Below are positions 49,521-59,339 of a stretch of 64,000 nt of DNA, piece by piece (the stretch's first letter is position 1; the number at the start of each line of letters is the position of its first letter). The position numbers were made by a program, and so were the translations under genes. This DNA is from Candidatus Bathyarchaeia archaeon (GTDB lineage Archaea > Thermoproteota > CALKCG01 > B24): contig JAVZJD010000001.1 of assembly GCA_038870975.1 (NCBI GenBank), forward strand, positions 864,001-928,000, in the 5' to 3' direction. The notes under the pieces were generated by a model. It ran no database searches, was not told where the DNA came from, and was given only the letters and a program-made list of their open reading frames with translations.

Positions 49521-50220
49521 ATTCGTTAGGGCTGACGGTAGACTTCCAAATCAACTAAGACCAATAAAAATGGCCGTTGGTGTACTCGATAGAGCAGATG
49601 GGTCGGCTTACGTTGAACAGGGGAATACGAAGGTCTTAGTTGCTGTCTACGGGCCTAGAGAACTTCATCCAAAACACCAGGCGTCGCCAGACTCAGCCAT
49701 AGTAAGATGTAGATATCATATGGCACCCTTCTCGACTAAAGAGAGGAAGACACCGGTGCCCTCACGTAGAGAGGTAGAACTTTCAAAGGTGATAAGAGAC
49801 GCGCTTTCTCAGGCTATTTTTCTAGAGAATTTCCCTAGGACATCCATAGACATATTCATAGAGGTTTTAGAGGCTGACGGTGGGACGAGATGTGCAAGTA
49901 TAAACGCGTGTTCTCTGGCTTTAGCTAACGCTGGTATACCGCTTAGAGACCTAGTTTCATCTGTAGCCGTAGGCAAATATAAGGGTCAGATAATACTGGA
50001 TTTAAACGATGAAGAAGATGAAAACGCTGAAGCAGATATGCCTGTGGCAATAATGCCGAACATTAATAAGATAACGCTTCTACAGGTTAACGGTGTTCTA
50101 ACGGAGGATGAGTTTAAGCAAGCCCTTGACTTAGCGATTAAAGGTTGTATGGAGATTAATAGAATTCAAAGGGAAACCCTTAGAAGTGTCTACTCAGCTA
50201 TTAAAGGTGAGGAAGAGTGA
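49510..50220 (+). CDS. rrp41: Exosome exonuclease Rrp41
   Basis: [24 protein letters not shown]. Confidence 0.95.
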   Translation: MSTEFVRADGRLPNQLRPIKMAVGVLDRADGSAYVEQGNTKVLVAVYGPRELHPKHQASPDSAIVRCRYHMAPFSTKERKTPVPSRREVELSKVIRDALSQAIFLENFPRTSIDIFIEVLEADGGTRCASINACSLALANAGIPLRDLVSSVAVGKYKGQIILDLNDEEDENAEADMPVAIMPNINKITLLQVNGVLTEDEFKQALDLAIKGCMEINRIQRETLRSVYSAIKGEEE

Positions 50221-51035
50221 AGACGTTTAAAGTAGTTTCTCAACTCGTTAGGTCTAGAATGGTAGACCTACTCAAGAAAAACTCCAGAATAGACGGTAGA
50301 GGTCTACTAGACTATAGGGAGATTAAAGTTGAAAAAGGCTTTATAACTAGAGCCGCTGGGTCGGCTCAAGTTTCAATAGGGTCTACGAAGGTCCTAGCTG
50401 GGGTTAAAGTTGAATTAGGCGAGCCTTTCCCAGATATGCCTGATAAGGGTGTTTTAACGGTTAATGCTGAACTGGTTCCGCTTGCATCGCCGGCCTTCGA
50501 ACCCGGACCGCCAGATGAAAACGCTGTAGAACTCGCCAGAATAGTCGATAGAGCTTTAAGAGAAACTGAGACAGTTGATTTAAAGAAACTCTGCATAAAG
50601 CCCGGTAAGAAAGTCTTCGTAGTGTTTGTAGACATATACGTCTTAGATTACGACGGCAATTTTATAGACGCCTCTTCACTCGCCTCAATAATCGCACTGC
50701 TCAATACAAGGATTAGAAAATTCAGAATAGAAGAGGGTGAGCTTAAGTATGAAGATGAGTACATGCCTCTTCCCATAAAACACACGCCTGTCACCATAAC
50801 CTTGGCTAAATCAGAGGATGGACCGTTCATAGTTGATCCAAACCTTGAAGAAGAACTCAGCTTAGGCAATAGAATATCCATCTCTATAGATGAGCTTGGC
50901 AGAATCTGCGGGGTTCAAAAGCTGGAGGGAACACTAACTGTAGACGAAATATTTAAAGCAGTATCTGTAGCTAAAACTGTCGCTCCAAAGCTAATAGATA
51001 TCGTGGTACGGGAGGGTGGCTTAAGTGTCCAGTAA
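50217..51035 (+). CDS. rrp42: Exosome subunit Rrp42
   Basis: [27 protein letters not shown]. Confidence 0.95.
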   Translation: MKTFKVVSQLVRSRMVDLLKKNSRIDGRGLLDYREIKVEKGFITRAAGSAQVSIGSTKVLAGVKVELGEPFPDMPDKGVLTVNAELVPLASPAFEPGPPDENAVELARIVDRALRETETVDLKKLCIKPGKKVFVVFVDIYVLDYDGNFIDASSLASIIALLNTRIRKFRIEEGELKYEDEYMPLPIKHTPVTITLAKSEDGPFIVDPNLEEELSLGNRISISIDELGRICGVQKLEGTLTVDEIFKAVSVAKTVAPKLIDIVVREGGLSVQ

Positions 51036-51276
51036 GCCTAAAAACGCAGGTATGGGCTCAATGAAGGCTAAATATGGGGCTCCACTTAGAAGTAGATATG
51101 TTAGAATTCTTCAGATGGCTAAAAGAGCTTACCAATGTCCTAAGTGTGGTAAACTTAGAGTGAAGCGCGTGAGCGTAGGCATATGGTTTTGCTCAAAGTG
51201 CGGTTATAAATTTGCAGGTGGAGCTTATCAACCCACTACTGAAATGGGTAGAGTTGCTCAACAAATGAAGAAGTAG
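51025..51276 (+). CDS. rpl37ae: 50S ribosomal protein L37ae
   Basis: KYGAPLR, CPKC, GIWFCSKC, FAGGAY. Confidence 0.93.
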   Translation: MSSKPKNAGMGSMKAKYGAPLRSRYVRILQMAKRAYQCPKCGKLRVKRVSVGIWFCSKCGYKFAGGAYQPTTEMGRVAQQMKK

Positions 51277-51281
51277 AACCG

Positions 51282-51539
51282 GTGTATGTTTTGAAGCTAG
51301 AGTGTCTAGTTAAGCTTAAAGTAGACCCGAAATTCTTAGAGTCTATCTTTAGGGCACTTTACCCTGAAACCCTACGCGTTACCTCGAAGAGAGTATCTGT
51401 AGCGTTTACGAAATCCGAATATTCAATAATTCTCAAGTTTAACGCTAAAGACCCTACGGCTTTAAGAGCGGCTTTAAACTCCTACTTGAGGTGGTTTTCA
51501 GCCGTTGAAAGGAGTTTAAAATCCATAGATGTGTCGTAA
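51282..51539 (+). CDS. pcc1: KEOPS complex subunit Pcc1
   Basis: ALYPE, A.D.TALRAALNSYLRW. Confidence 0.88.
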   Translation: MYVLKLECLVKLKVDPKFLESIFRALYPETLRVTSKRVSVAFTKSEYSIILKFNAKDPTALRAALNSYLRWFSAVERSLKSIDVS

Positions 51540-51639
51540 ATCCTCGGCGAGTAATAGATTCTCCATAACGCCTTCTTCTGAGCCTTCCAACTAAAACCGT
51601 TCTGTCCTTCATAAAAGGACTTTAAACTTCCTTCTCGGA

Positions 51640-51665
51640 TAAACTTAAAAACGGGTTTAAGTTTA
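51640..51665. promoter_or_regulatory. 10-bp perfect inverted repeat in the etfB promoter
   Basis: TAAACTTAAA-AACGGG-TTTAAGTTTA, 15 bp upstream of the ATG. Confidence 0.55.
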
Positions 51666-51680
51666 AAAGAGTGAAGTATC

Positions 51681-52490
51681 ATGAGAAACAGCTTACAAAT
51701 AGTCGTTCTGATAAAACAAGTACCTGACATTGGGAAAGTTAAATTTAACGTTGAGGAAGGTAGGATAGATAGAAGCTCCGCTCCATTGGAGACAAACCCC
51801 TTCGATTTGAATGCACTTGAAACAGCCATTCAGGTTAAAGAACAAAACGGAGGATACGTAACAGTTATAAGCATGGGGCCTCCTCAAGCAGAGTCGAGTT
51901 TAAGAGACGCTTTAGCGAGAGGTGCTGATAGAGCCATCCTTCTTACGGATAAGCGTTTCGCCGGGGCAGATACACTCGCCACATCTTACACGCTGGCCAC
52001 CGCCATTAGAAAGCTCGGCTCCTTCGACTTGATAATCTGTGGCGAGAAAACTGTAGATGGAGATACTGGTCAAGTTGGACCTGAAGTTGCTGAGCACTTA
52101 AACATTCCACACGTCGCCTATGTTTGTGAAATTAGGTCTGTAACGTCTGACAGTCTTCTAGTGGTTTCCGATATGGGTGACAAATACTTGATCGAAGTTA
52201 AACTTCCAGCTCTTATAACTGTGACTAAAGATATAAATACACCTAGACTCCCCACTTTGAGAAACGTCCTTAAAGCTAGGAAAGCCCATATTGACGTTTG
52301 GACCGCAGATGACTTAGCCGGCTATGGGGACGCGTGTAGATTCGGCCTTCAAGGTTCTATGACAACTGTATTTAAAATAGTCTTCCCGTCTGAAGAGAGT
52401 AGAAAAGGTTTAATTTTCCATGGAGAGGACGCTGTTGAAAAACTTGTAAAAGCTTTAATCGAAAGGGGGCTTATACCCTGGATCTTCTGA
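51681..52490 (+). CDS. etfB: Electron transfer flavoprotein beta subunit
   Basis: KQVPD, NPFD, SMGP, FAGADT.AT, DGDTGQVGP. Confidence 0.95.
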   Translation: MRNSLQIVVLIKQVPDIGKVKFNVEEGRIDRSSAPLETNPFDLNALETAIQVKEQNGGYVTVISMGPPQAESSLRDALARGADRAILLTDKRFAGADTLATSYTLATAIRKLGSFDLIICGEKTVDGDTGQVGPEVAEHLNIPHVAYVCEIRSVTSDSLLVVSDMGDKYLIEVKLPALITVTKDINTPRLPTLRNVLKARKAHIDVWTADDLAGYGDACRFGLQGSMTTVFKIVFPSEESRKGLIFHGEDAVEKLVKALIERGLIPWIF

Positions 52491-53470
52491 TTAAAGACGG
52501 CGTAATTGTATACGCAGAGCAAGAGAATGGAGTAATACACCCTGTTTCATTCGAACTTCTAGGCAAAGGTAGAGAATTGGCGGATAGGCTTAATGTTGAA
52601 CTTTGGAGTGTCATAGTAGGCTACGGAATTCGAGAAAAAGCCGAAGCACTCATACACTACGGTGCTGATAGAGTTTTCCTCTACGACAATCCAACGTTTA
52701 AAGAATTCGACGTTGTCAAGTATAAACAGGTGCTTGTCGAGTTAGTTAAAGAAGTCAACCCCAGGCTATTTCTAATAGGTGCTACGCCGCTTGGTAGGAG
52801 TTTAGCTCCAAGAGTTGCAGCCGCGTTGAATACTGGTTTAACGGCAGACTGTATAGATATTCAAATAGATGATAATGGTGAAATCGTCCAAATTAGACCC
52901 GCCTTCACTGGGAACATACTCGCCCATATTAAAACTAAAAGTAGACCTGTCATGGCGACTGTTAGATATAGAGTTATGAAACCGCCGCCGAAAGACACGT
53001 CAAGGAGAGGAGAGATAATTGAAAAACAACCTCTACAACTCAGAAATTCGGGACTTAAAGTTTTAGGCAAAGTTGCAGAAAGATCTGTAAACCTTGCAGA
53101 AGCAGACGTCATAGTGTCGGGAGGCAGAGGTTTGAAGAAGAAAGAAGATTTAAACATGCTTAAGGAATTGGCCTCCCTCATGGGAGGTGTTCTCGGTGTT
53201 AGTAGACCTCTCGTCGACGATGGGTGGGTATCTAAAGACCATCAAGTCGGCTTCAGTGGAAACACGGTTAAGCCTAAACTTTACATCGCATGTGGGATTT
53301 CAGGCTCTCCTCAACACATAGCAGGCATGCGCGACTCTGAAGTGATAGTAGCTATAAACATAGATCGAACGGCCCCCATTTTCCGAATAGCTGACTACGG
53401 GATAGTAGGCGATTTATATGACGTTGTACCTAAATTGATTGAAGCGTTAAAGAGGTTGAAAGAAAGATGA
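52478..53470 (+). CDS. etfA: Electron transfer flavoprotein alpha subunit (probable CTG start at 52478; ORF track starts at 52577)
   Basis: In-frame upstream VIVYAEQENGVIHPVSFELLGKGRELA; GLTADC, SGGRG, QVGFSG.TV.P, GISG..QH.AGM. Confidence 0.92.
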   Translation: MDLLIKDGVIVYAEQENGVIHPVSFELLGKGRELADRLNVELWSVIVGYGIREKAEALIHYGADRVFLYDNPTFKEFDVVKYKQVLVELVKEVNPRLFLIGATPLGRSLAPRVAAALNTGLTADCIDIQIDDNGEIVQIRPAFTGNILAHIKTKSRPVMATVRYRVMKPPPKDTSRRGEIIEKQPLQLRNSGLKVLGKVAERSVNLAEADVIVSGGRGLKKKEDLNMLKELASLMGGVLGVSRPLVDDGWVSKDHQVGFSGNTVKPKLYIACGISGSPQHIAGMRDSEVIVAINIDRTAPIFRIADYGIVGDLYDVVPKLIEALKRLKER

Positions 53471-54852
53471 ATGGCTTAAGTTTAGAGTTTATTGGAAAGC
53501 TTAAAAAGATTGTAGGAGAAGAATGGGTAATTCAAGGTGAAGAACTGGTTGCAGGATATGTACTAGATGAAACTCCTCCTCCAATAAGGCCTCAGCCGAA
53601 CTTAAACGTAGCCGTCGTTAAGCCGAAGTCTTCAGAAGAAGTTTCTGAAATCCTTAAACTGGCGAATGAATACATCGTCCCAGTTTTTCCGAAAGGTGGA
53701 GGTACTGGTCTAGTTGGAGGCTGTATACCGACAGCTCCGGGGATAGTTCTCTCTCTAGAAAGGATGAATAGGATTATAATAGACAGAGATAATTTAATGG
53801 CTGAAGTTGAAGCAGGTGCAACTTTAAGGGATCTTTTAAAAGCTTCAGATGAAGCTGGCTTATTCTTTCCACCGCATCCTGGTGATGAAGGGGCTCAAAT
53901 AGGCGGTTTAGTAGCTTGTAATGCTGGCGGAGCTAGAGCTGTTAAAACTGGGGTTATGCGTAATTACGTACGTGGTCTAGAAGTAGTCTTATCCAATGGG
54001 GAGATTTTAAAACTGGGTGGTAAGCTCTTGAAGAACAACTTCGGCTTTGACCTCATGCAACTTATAATTGGAAGCGAGGGGACTTTAGCCGTTATCACCA
54101 AGGCTTGGATACGTCTCTACCCGAAACTTCCAGCAACGGCGACGCTCATAATTCCATTTAAATCAAGAAGTGCAGCTGTTAAATCCGTCCCTAAAATTCT
54201 TCAAGAAGGCATCCTACCTTTAGCCTTAGAATATGTTGAAAAAACCCCAATTGAAAGGTCTGCTGAACGTCTAGGTTTAGAATGGCCTTGCAAAGTGGGC
54301 GAAAGCTTTCTCATAGTAGTATTAGCTGAACAATCTAGTGAAGTTTTATACAGTCAATGTGAAAAACTCTTATCCCTCTGTGGAGAATTCGAATCTCTTG
54401 AGCCTCTTCTAGCCGAGAGTAGAGAAGAACAGGAAAATATCCTGAAGATCCGCAGTGAAATATACTCCTCCCTCAAACCAGACATGGTAGACATACTAGA
54501 TGCCACAGTTCCACCAGCATCTATAGACATCTTCATGGATGAAGTTGAAGATATAGCAAAACGCTACAACACCTACCTACCGTCTTATGGACATGCCGCA
54601 GACGGAAACATCCACGTCCACATAATGAAAGAACCTAATTGGCGTAACGAAGACTACGATAAAGTCAGAGATGAAATATACACAGCAGCCGTAAGGCTCG
54701 GTGGGACGATAACAGGTGAGCATGGTGTTGGAGCGGTTAGAAGAAGAAGTTTAGAAAAGTATCTAAACCCTACACAAGTAAAACTCATGAGGGAGATTAA
54801 ACGTATATTCGACCCTAAAAATATATTAAACCCCGGCAAAGTACTACCCTAA
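53467..54852 (+). CDS. FAD-linked 2-hydroxyacid dehydrogenase (GlcD/LctD type)
   Basis: GGGTGL.GG, NAGGARAVK.G.MRNYV, GSEGTL, HAADGNIH, GEHGVG, LNPGK. Confidence 0.9.
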   Translation: MNGLSLEFIGKLKKIVGEEWVIQGEELVAGYVLDETPPPIRPQPNLNVAVVKPKSSEEVSEILKLANEYIVPVFPKGGGTGLVGGCIPTAPGIVLSLERMNRIIIDRDNLMAEVEAGATLRDLLKASDEAGLFFPPHPGDEGAQIGGLVACNAGGARAVKTGVMRNYVRGLEVVLSNGEILKLGGKLLKNNFGFDLMQLIIGSEGTLAVITKAWIRLYPKLPATATLIIPFKSRSAAVKSVPKILQEGILPLALEYVEKTPIERSAERLGLEWPCKVGESFLIVVLAEQSSEVLYSQCEKLLSLCGEFESLEPLLAESREEQENILKIRSEIYSSLKPDMVDILDATVPPASIDIFMDEVEDIAKRYNTYLPSYGHAADGNIHVHIMKEPNWRNEDYDKVRDEIYTAAVRLGGTITGEHGVGAVRRRSLEKYLNPTQVKLMREIKRIFDPKNILNPGKVLP

Positions 54853-54899
54853 GCCCATTTTAAAAAAATTAAAATAAGAGATGCACTAGAGATTTATAC

Positions 54900-55213
54900 G
54901 GGCGGGTAAGCCAGTGAGCGGGCTTCCGGACGCTTAAAGCGTCTGGAGGAAATTCCTCCACGCAGGTGGAACCACACCACGGCGACGTGGGGGGCGAGAG
55001 CCCCGGCTCCGGCGCAGAAAAGGCACTCCCGCCTGGTGTATGTGGATGATATGCGGCTCAACCGCTGACAATACCGAGCTGTGGAGATGAAACTGCCGTC
55101 CTGTGGGCGTCAAGGCGAATGAAGCCTATGAGCCTCCACCTGAGGCTTCGGTAGGCCGCATTAGTCAAATCCCGCATAAAACAGAAGGAGGATTACGGCT
55201 GGCATACCCGCCC
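54900..55213 (+). ncRNA. rnpB: RNase P RNA (archaeal type A-like)
   Basis: P1 GGGCGGGTA/TACCCGCCC; P2 GCGGG/CCCGC; P4 GAGGAAATTCCTCC with ACAGAAGGAGGATTAC; P6 CAGGTGGA/TCCACCTG; GCAGAAA and TGAAAC conserved blocks; GC-rich. Confidence 0.93.
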
Positions 55214-55278
55214 TCTAAAACTACTTGTTTCGCAAATACGCTTACCCCCCTTGAATCGGCATATGGCGAAGTTTATCG

Positions 55279-55692
55279 TTAGAAAGGCATTGAAATTGCG
55301 AGGATTGCGCTTAAAATCGCAACTATTATGAGGAATATTATGGACGATACTATCGCTATGGATAGCGCCCCAACCCACCCCACGTCAAAAATAGACTTAT
55401 ACGATGCCAACCATGCTATGAAAGCCAGTATTACTGCTAGTACTTGTGCAAGCACCCCTAGGAATAGGTATAGAGTTATCGACGATAGAGCCATAACTAT
55501 TGTAAACACCATCGGCCCTACTAGAGTAGCCAACATGGCTTTCCCTATTGAAGCCTTTTTCCCAGCGATTATTCTAGCTGCTATGTACACTGGTATTGAT
55601 GCAAATATCCAAGCAATAAGCAGCATTAACACTAAGACTGTGAAGGATGGAATTGTCCAAACAGCAAACGGCGGAGGCATAGTTGACACCAT
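55279..55692 (-). CDS. Hypothetical 4-TM membrane protein
   Basis: Hydrophobic 137 aa ORF, YKSIFDVGW.GA. Confidence 0.7.
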   Translation of the reverse strand: MVSTMPPPFAVWTIPSFTVLVLMLLIAWIFASIPVYIAARIIAGKKASIGKAMLATLVGPMVFTIVMALSSITLYLFLGVLAQVLAVILAFIAWLASYKSIFDVGWVGALSIAIVSSIIFLIIVAILSAILAISMPF

Positions 55693-55707
55693 ATCTATGG
55701 TATTTTC

Positions 55708-55980
55708 TTACTGGCTGGTTGAAGTTTTAGATTCCTCCTCTTTCTTCAATTCCTGTTCAATTTCTTTCTCGATGTCTTCTATGGGTTTAGGCGGAGGGGT
55801 TGTTGCCAGCGTATATCCTATCCATGCTAATATGCCCAGCACTCCTCCAACTGCTATAAAACCAGTTAGTTTAAGTACGAGTAGTGCATACTCCGTCAGG
55901 AAGACTAAGTAGGCGTAGAATAGTATGCCTAAAACCCCCGCTGCTAGTAGTAAAGCACCTATGGTTTGATCTTTACTCAT
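55708..55980 (-). CDS. Small 2-TM membrane protein with acidic coiled-coil tail (paralog of 21911-22168)
   Basis: GILAWIGYTLATTPPPKPIED. Confidence 0.85.
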   Translation of the reverse strand: MSKDQTIGALLLAAGVLGILFYAYLVFLTEYALLVLKLTGFIAVGGVLGILAWIGYTLATTPPPKPIEDIEKEIEQELKKEEESKTSTSQ

Positions 55981-56075
55981 TTAGACCACCTAATATTGAA
56001 AATAGTTTAATTGTAAGCTGAATTTAAGATTTACCACAATTCAAAATGCTTCTTTATATTTCAGCTGAAGAAGCT

Positions 56076-56399
56076 TTATTTAACCAGTATTTTAGCCAGT
56101 ACATAGACGATCAAACTTACGATAAGAGCGATTGCTAATGTCGTGAAAATTGTCTGCTTCTTTTCAACCGTTGAAGTTTCACTGAAAGTTTGAATAGTGC
56201 TCTTATTGCTCATTTCCATATCTCCAGAAGAGACTTCTCGGGGAAGACCTTCTTCTATAGTAGTTTCCTTAGAAGTGTTCCCCTTTCCATCCTCAACTAC
56301 GCTGGTTTGAAGTGGAGTTTGAAGCATAGTCGAAAGTACTATGGCTAATACTACTCCAAGTACTACACTGATAACCGACTTCTTAATTTGCCCCGTCAT
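56076..56399 (-). CDS. Hypothetical protein with N- and C-terminal TM helices
   Basis: TM, Ser/Thr/Glu-rich loop, TM. Confidence 0.6.
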   Translation of the reverse strand: MTGQIKKSVISVVLGVVLAIVLSTMLQTPLQTSVVEDGKGNTSKETTIEEGLPREVSSGDMEMSNKSTIQTFSETSTVEKKQTIFTTLAIALIVSLIVYVLAKILVK

Positions 56400-56440
56400 C
56401 TAAATACTTAAACCGCGTTTTTAAGAGATAATTCTACTGT

Positions 56441-56935
56441 TTAGAACGGCCTCTTCCTCCATATTCTAAAGGTCTCAAACCATAAGATAGTAGCCGCTAT
56501 TAATGCAACTGTTAAAGCCATTAGGTTTAACGTAGACATCGTTAGAAGCTGATACACCACTATTGTCGTAAAAAAGCTTGCGTAGAATAAGTATCTTGGA
56601 AGGGCGTATCCCAGAACGTTTACAAATAGACTTAAAACGCCCACGTCGACTTTTCTAGTGACAACATACCTACCATATGCGTCTTTACCGACTAAGCCAA
56701 GCGCCTCCAATTTATCGAGGTGGTGGAACGCTAAACTTGGACTTGAAAGCCTCAAAGCCCTCTGCACTTCTCTTACACCAACCCCCCTCCTACTCCTCAA
56801 AAGATACATGTAGACTTGCAACGTCTTACCCTTAAGAGCGTATTCAATCTTCTCCATATCCACGTCTTTAGATTCTTCAGGCATTTCCACTCCTCGATCA
56901 AACAATTGATTGGATAAGAATAAGCATTTCCCCAT
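56441..56935 (-). CDS. Membrane-anchored winged-helix transcriptional regulator (true start possibly 56884)
   Basis: LKGKTLQVY.YL..GVREVQRAL.LSSPSLA.HHL.KL..LGLV plus two C-terminal TMs. Confidence 0.8.
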   Translation of the reverse strand: MGKCLFLSNQLFDRGVEMPEESKDVDMEKIEYALKGKTLQVYMYLLRSRRGVGVREVQRALRLSSPSLAFHHLDKLEALGLVGKDAYGRYVVTRKVDVGVLSLFVNVLGYALPRYLFYASFFTTIVVYQLLTMSTLNLMALTVALIAATILWFETFRIWRKRPF

Positions 56936-56982
56936 TTAAAAGTCGTTTTCAGCAATCGGGCGAAGCTTAAGCCAGTCAAGCA

Positions 56983-58083
56983 TCAGTATAAGACCTCTTC
57001 CAGCCTACCACTTTCCATAGCCTTCTTAAGCTCTAAAGCTATACGCTTACCTGTAGACATAGGCTCGTTGAAAATGTACGGCGTGTACGGTGAACTTTGA
57101 GGGTATAGATTCGTCCCCGCAACTATCCTAGCGGAAACCTCGAAAACCGTAAAACCTCTACTAGGATGATATATCGTTTCGAGACAAAATGGTCCAATTA
57201 TGCCTGGTGGGAAAAGCCTCTGAGAAGCCAATACTACTCTAGCACCCATGTCGAGGCAATCTTTTAAAAGACTCTCTCTTAAAATCAGAGGCTGATTTCC
57301 CGTAACAGTATAGTCAAAGAACTCCGTTGGAACATTCGGTAGCCCCCTATAGGCTTCATCTATAGGCTCTATCCGCTTATCCATACTTAAAAGCTCAAGT
57401 CTTCCCCCTTCCCCAACTCTAAATCCTCCATTTAACATCAGACTATAGAAAAAGTGGAAGTAGTAGCGTACCCCAGGTATAAACTCCTGTATAGAGACTT
57501 CTTCAAGGCTTTTTATAAGTCCTCTCCTTATGGCAGATCTAATCTTCTCCTCAAGTTCTTCTATAGAATCTGCCGTGAAATATCCAGCCCCTCCTTTTGC
57601 ACCGGGATACTTTACGAAGACTTTACAATCGGCTTCTGAAGGATTTTTAAACTCTCTAGGGGTTTTCAATCCTGCCTCTCTAAACCATTCTCTCTGTTTA
57701 GACCTATCACTCTCCCAAAGTAAAACCATTCTGTTGCCGAACATGGGAACATAAAGTTTATTGACTATGTCAACGGCTCCAACATATTCGACAAAGGAGC
57801 CGTGCGGTATTATTACGCAATTTTCCTCTATAAGCTTCTCTTGCACCTCTCTAGTAAGCACATCTTTAAACTTCCTAACTTCTATGAATAAGTCTGGTTT
57901 AGCTAAGGGGAAGGCTTCGTAGACGAATTTACGATCCGGTGTTGTTATGCCGAGAGTTTTAAACGCCAGTTCTCTAGCACCGTGGAAGATTTGAAGCGCT
58001 GAATGAGAACATATGGTTGAAATCGTTATTCTACTTTTATCGTACTTTGAAACGACCTCTTCAATCTCTTCTCTCGTTATCAT
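56983..58083 (-). CDS. purP: FAICAR synthetase PurP
   Basis: ICSHSALQI, IPHGSFVEY, GAKGG.GYF, GN.P..LRESLL, FEVSARIVAGTN. Confidence 0.92.
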   Translation of the reverse strand: MITREEIEEVVSKYDKSRITISTICSHSALQIFHGARELAFKTLGITTPDRKFVYEAFPLAKPDLFIEVRKFKDVLTREVQEKLIEENCVIIPHGSFVEYVGAVDIVNKLYVPMFGNRMVLLWESDRSKQREWFREAGLKTPREFKNPSEADCKVFVKYPGAKGGAGYFTADSIEELEEKIRSAIRRGLIKSLEEVSIQEFIPGVRYYFHFFYSLMLNGGFRVGEGGRLELLSMDKRIEPIDEAYRGLPNVPTEFFDYTVTGNQPLILRESLLKDCLDMGARVVLASQRLFPPGIIGPFCLETIYHPSRGFTVFEVSARIVAGTNLYPQSSPYTPYIFNEPMSTGKRIALELKKAMESGRLEEVLY

Positions 58084-59240
58084 GTTACAACTTCCCCAAG
58101 CCTATTGTGCCTATAAGCGTATGAAATTTCAATAGCAGTTAAATCTAAAACGCTTTCAACTCTATCTACTCCCAGTTCGCGGAGAATATTAGAATAACGT
58201 ATGGAAAGCCTCCTCATTTCAGGCGAAGTAGGTCCTACACATGGGCTTCCCGGGACTCTAGGGCTTACATCAAACACGTAGAACTCAAGCCTCTTACTTT
58301 CAGGGCCTTCGTACGCTATAGCTCCTTGGAGTGCGAAAGAACCTATAAGTCCCGGAGGATACTCTAACCTGCATATTTTGACGAACTTTTCAGCGGCATT
58401 ATAGACGAGCGGCTTCTGCGACTCTCTCATAGTCACTCCAAAATGGCCGATCTCCTCATTCTTAATGGGAATGTTTAGTTCAAGCTGATCCTTTGCAGGT
58501 AGGTTCAGTACTCCATGTAGATTTACCTGCCTCCTATCGTCAAATCCTAGAAAGTCAAACTCTGGAAACACATCTGTTAGAGCCCATGCGTGGAAGTTTG
58601 CATTAAACCTAGGGCCTAGTACGAATTCTTCTATTATAGATTGTTTTAAGTCTTCTTCTGCTATCACATCTTCTCTTATGAGCTTCTCAGCCTTAGCCCA
58701 ATATTCCTCTGGACTACTTGCCGTGAAGAATGCCCTTTCAAGAGGTCTTTTCTTCTGCCTAACTTTTACGATAACCAGTCTATCTATTTCCTCTGGGTTT
58801 GAAAACAGCTTAGGCATTTTAATCCCCGCCTTCTCTAAGAGCCAATATTGATTTCTTGGAAGTTGCCTCTCCTCCGTTTTAAGAAGATATCTATTCCCGT
58901 AGATTGGGATGTAGAACTTATTCTCTATGTTTTCCCATCCCACGTAAACTGTAAAAGACCTATTCGGTATGAAAATAGTGTTTAAGCTTAGAAGTTTATC
59001 TTGGACTTCATCGTTGATAATGTCTTCAAACCTGTCTAGAAGGATTACTTCATCGAATAGGAATTTATTGTATTTGGCGTAGAGCTCTTCTCTACCCTTT
59101 TGACAGACGACTACAGTTTTAAAACCAGCATATCGAGCAGATACCGCAACTTCTTCTGCGGAGTGGCTTCCAAGTACGCCTATAGCTGGCTTACCATACT
59201 TTGAAATAACCTCTTGAATCTCTCTCCTCTCAATAGCCAT
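58080..59240 (-). CDS. PurP-like ATP-grasp paralog
   Basis: LGSHSA, IPNRSF, LERAFF, GH...TMRES, FDVSPRVPGSP. Confidence 0.88.
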   Translation of the reverse strand: MAIERREIQEVISKYGKPAIGVLGSHSAEEVAVSARYAGFKTVVVCQKGREELYAKYNKFLFDEVILLDRFEDIINDEVQDKLLSLNTIFIPNRSFTVYVGWENIENKFYIPIYGNRYLLKTEERQLPRNQYWLLEKAGIKMPKLFSNPEEIDRLVIVKVRQKKRPLERAFFTASSPEEYWAKAEKLIREDVIAEEDLKQSIIEEFVLGPRFNANFHAWALTDVFPEFDFLGFDDRRQVNLHGVLNLPAKDQLELNIPIKNEEIGHFGVTMRESQKPLVYNAAEKFVKICRLEYPPGLIGSFALQGAIAYEGPESKRLEFYVFDVSPRVPGSPCVGPTSPEMRRLSIRYSNILRELGVDRVESVLDLTAIEISYAYRHNRLGEVVT

Positions 59241-59339
59241 ATGGCCACTCCTCGTTAAAAATATCGTTGATTCTGGCTTAAAAACGCTGAGAAATTCTTA
59301 AACTTTTTTAATGCCCACCACCCATAAAACCTGGAGCTT

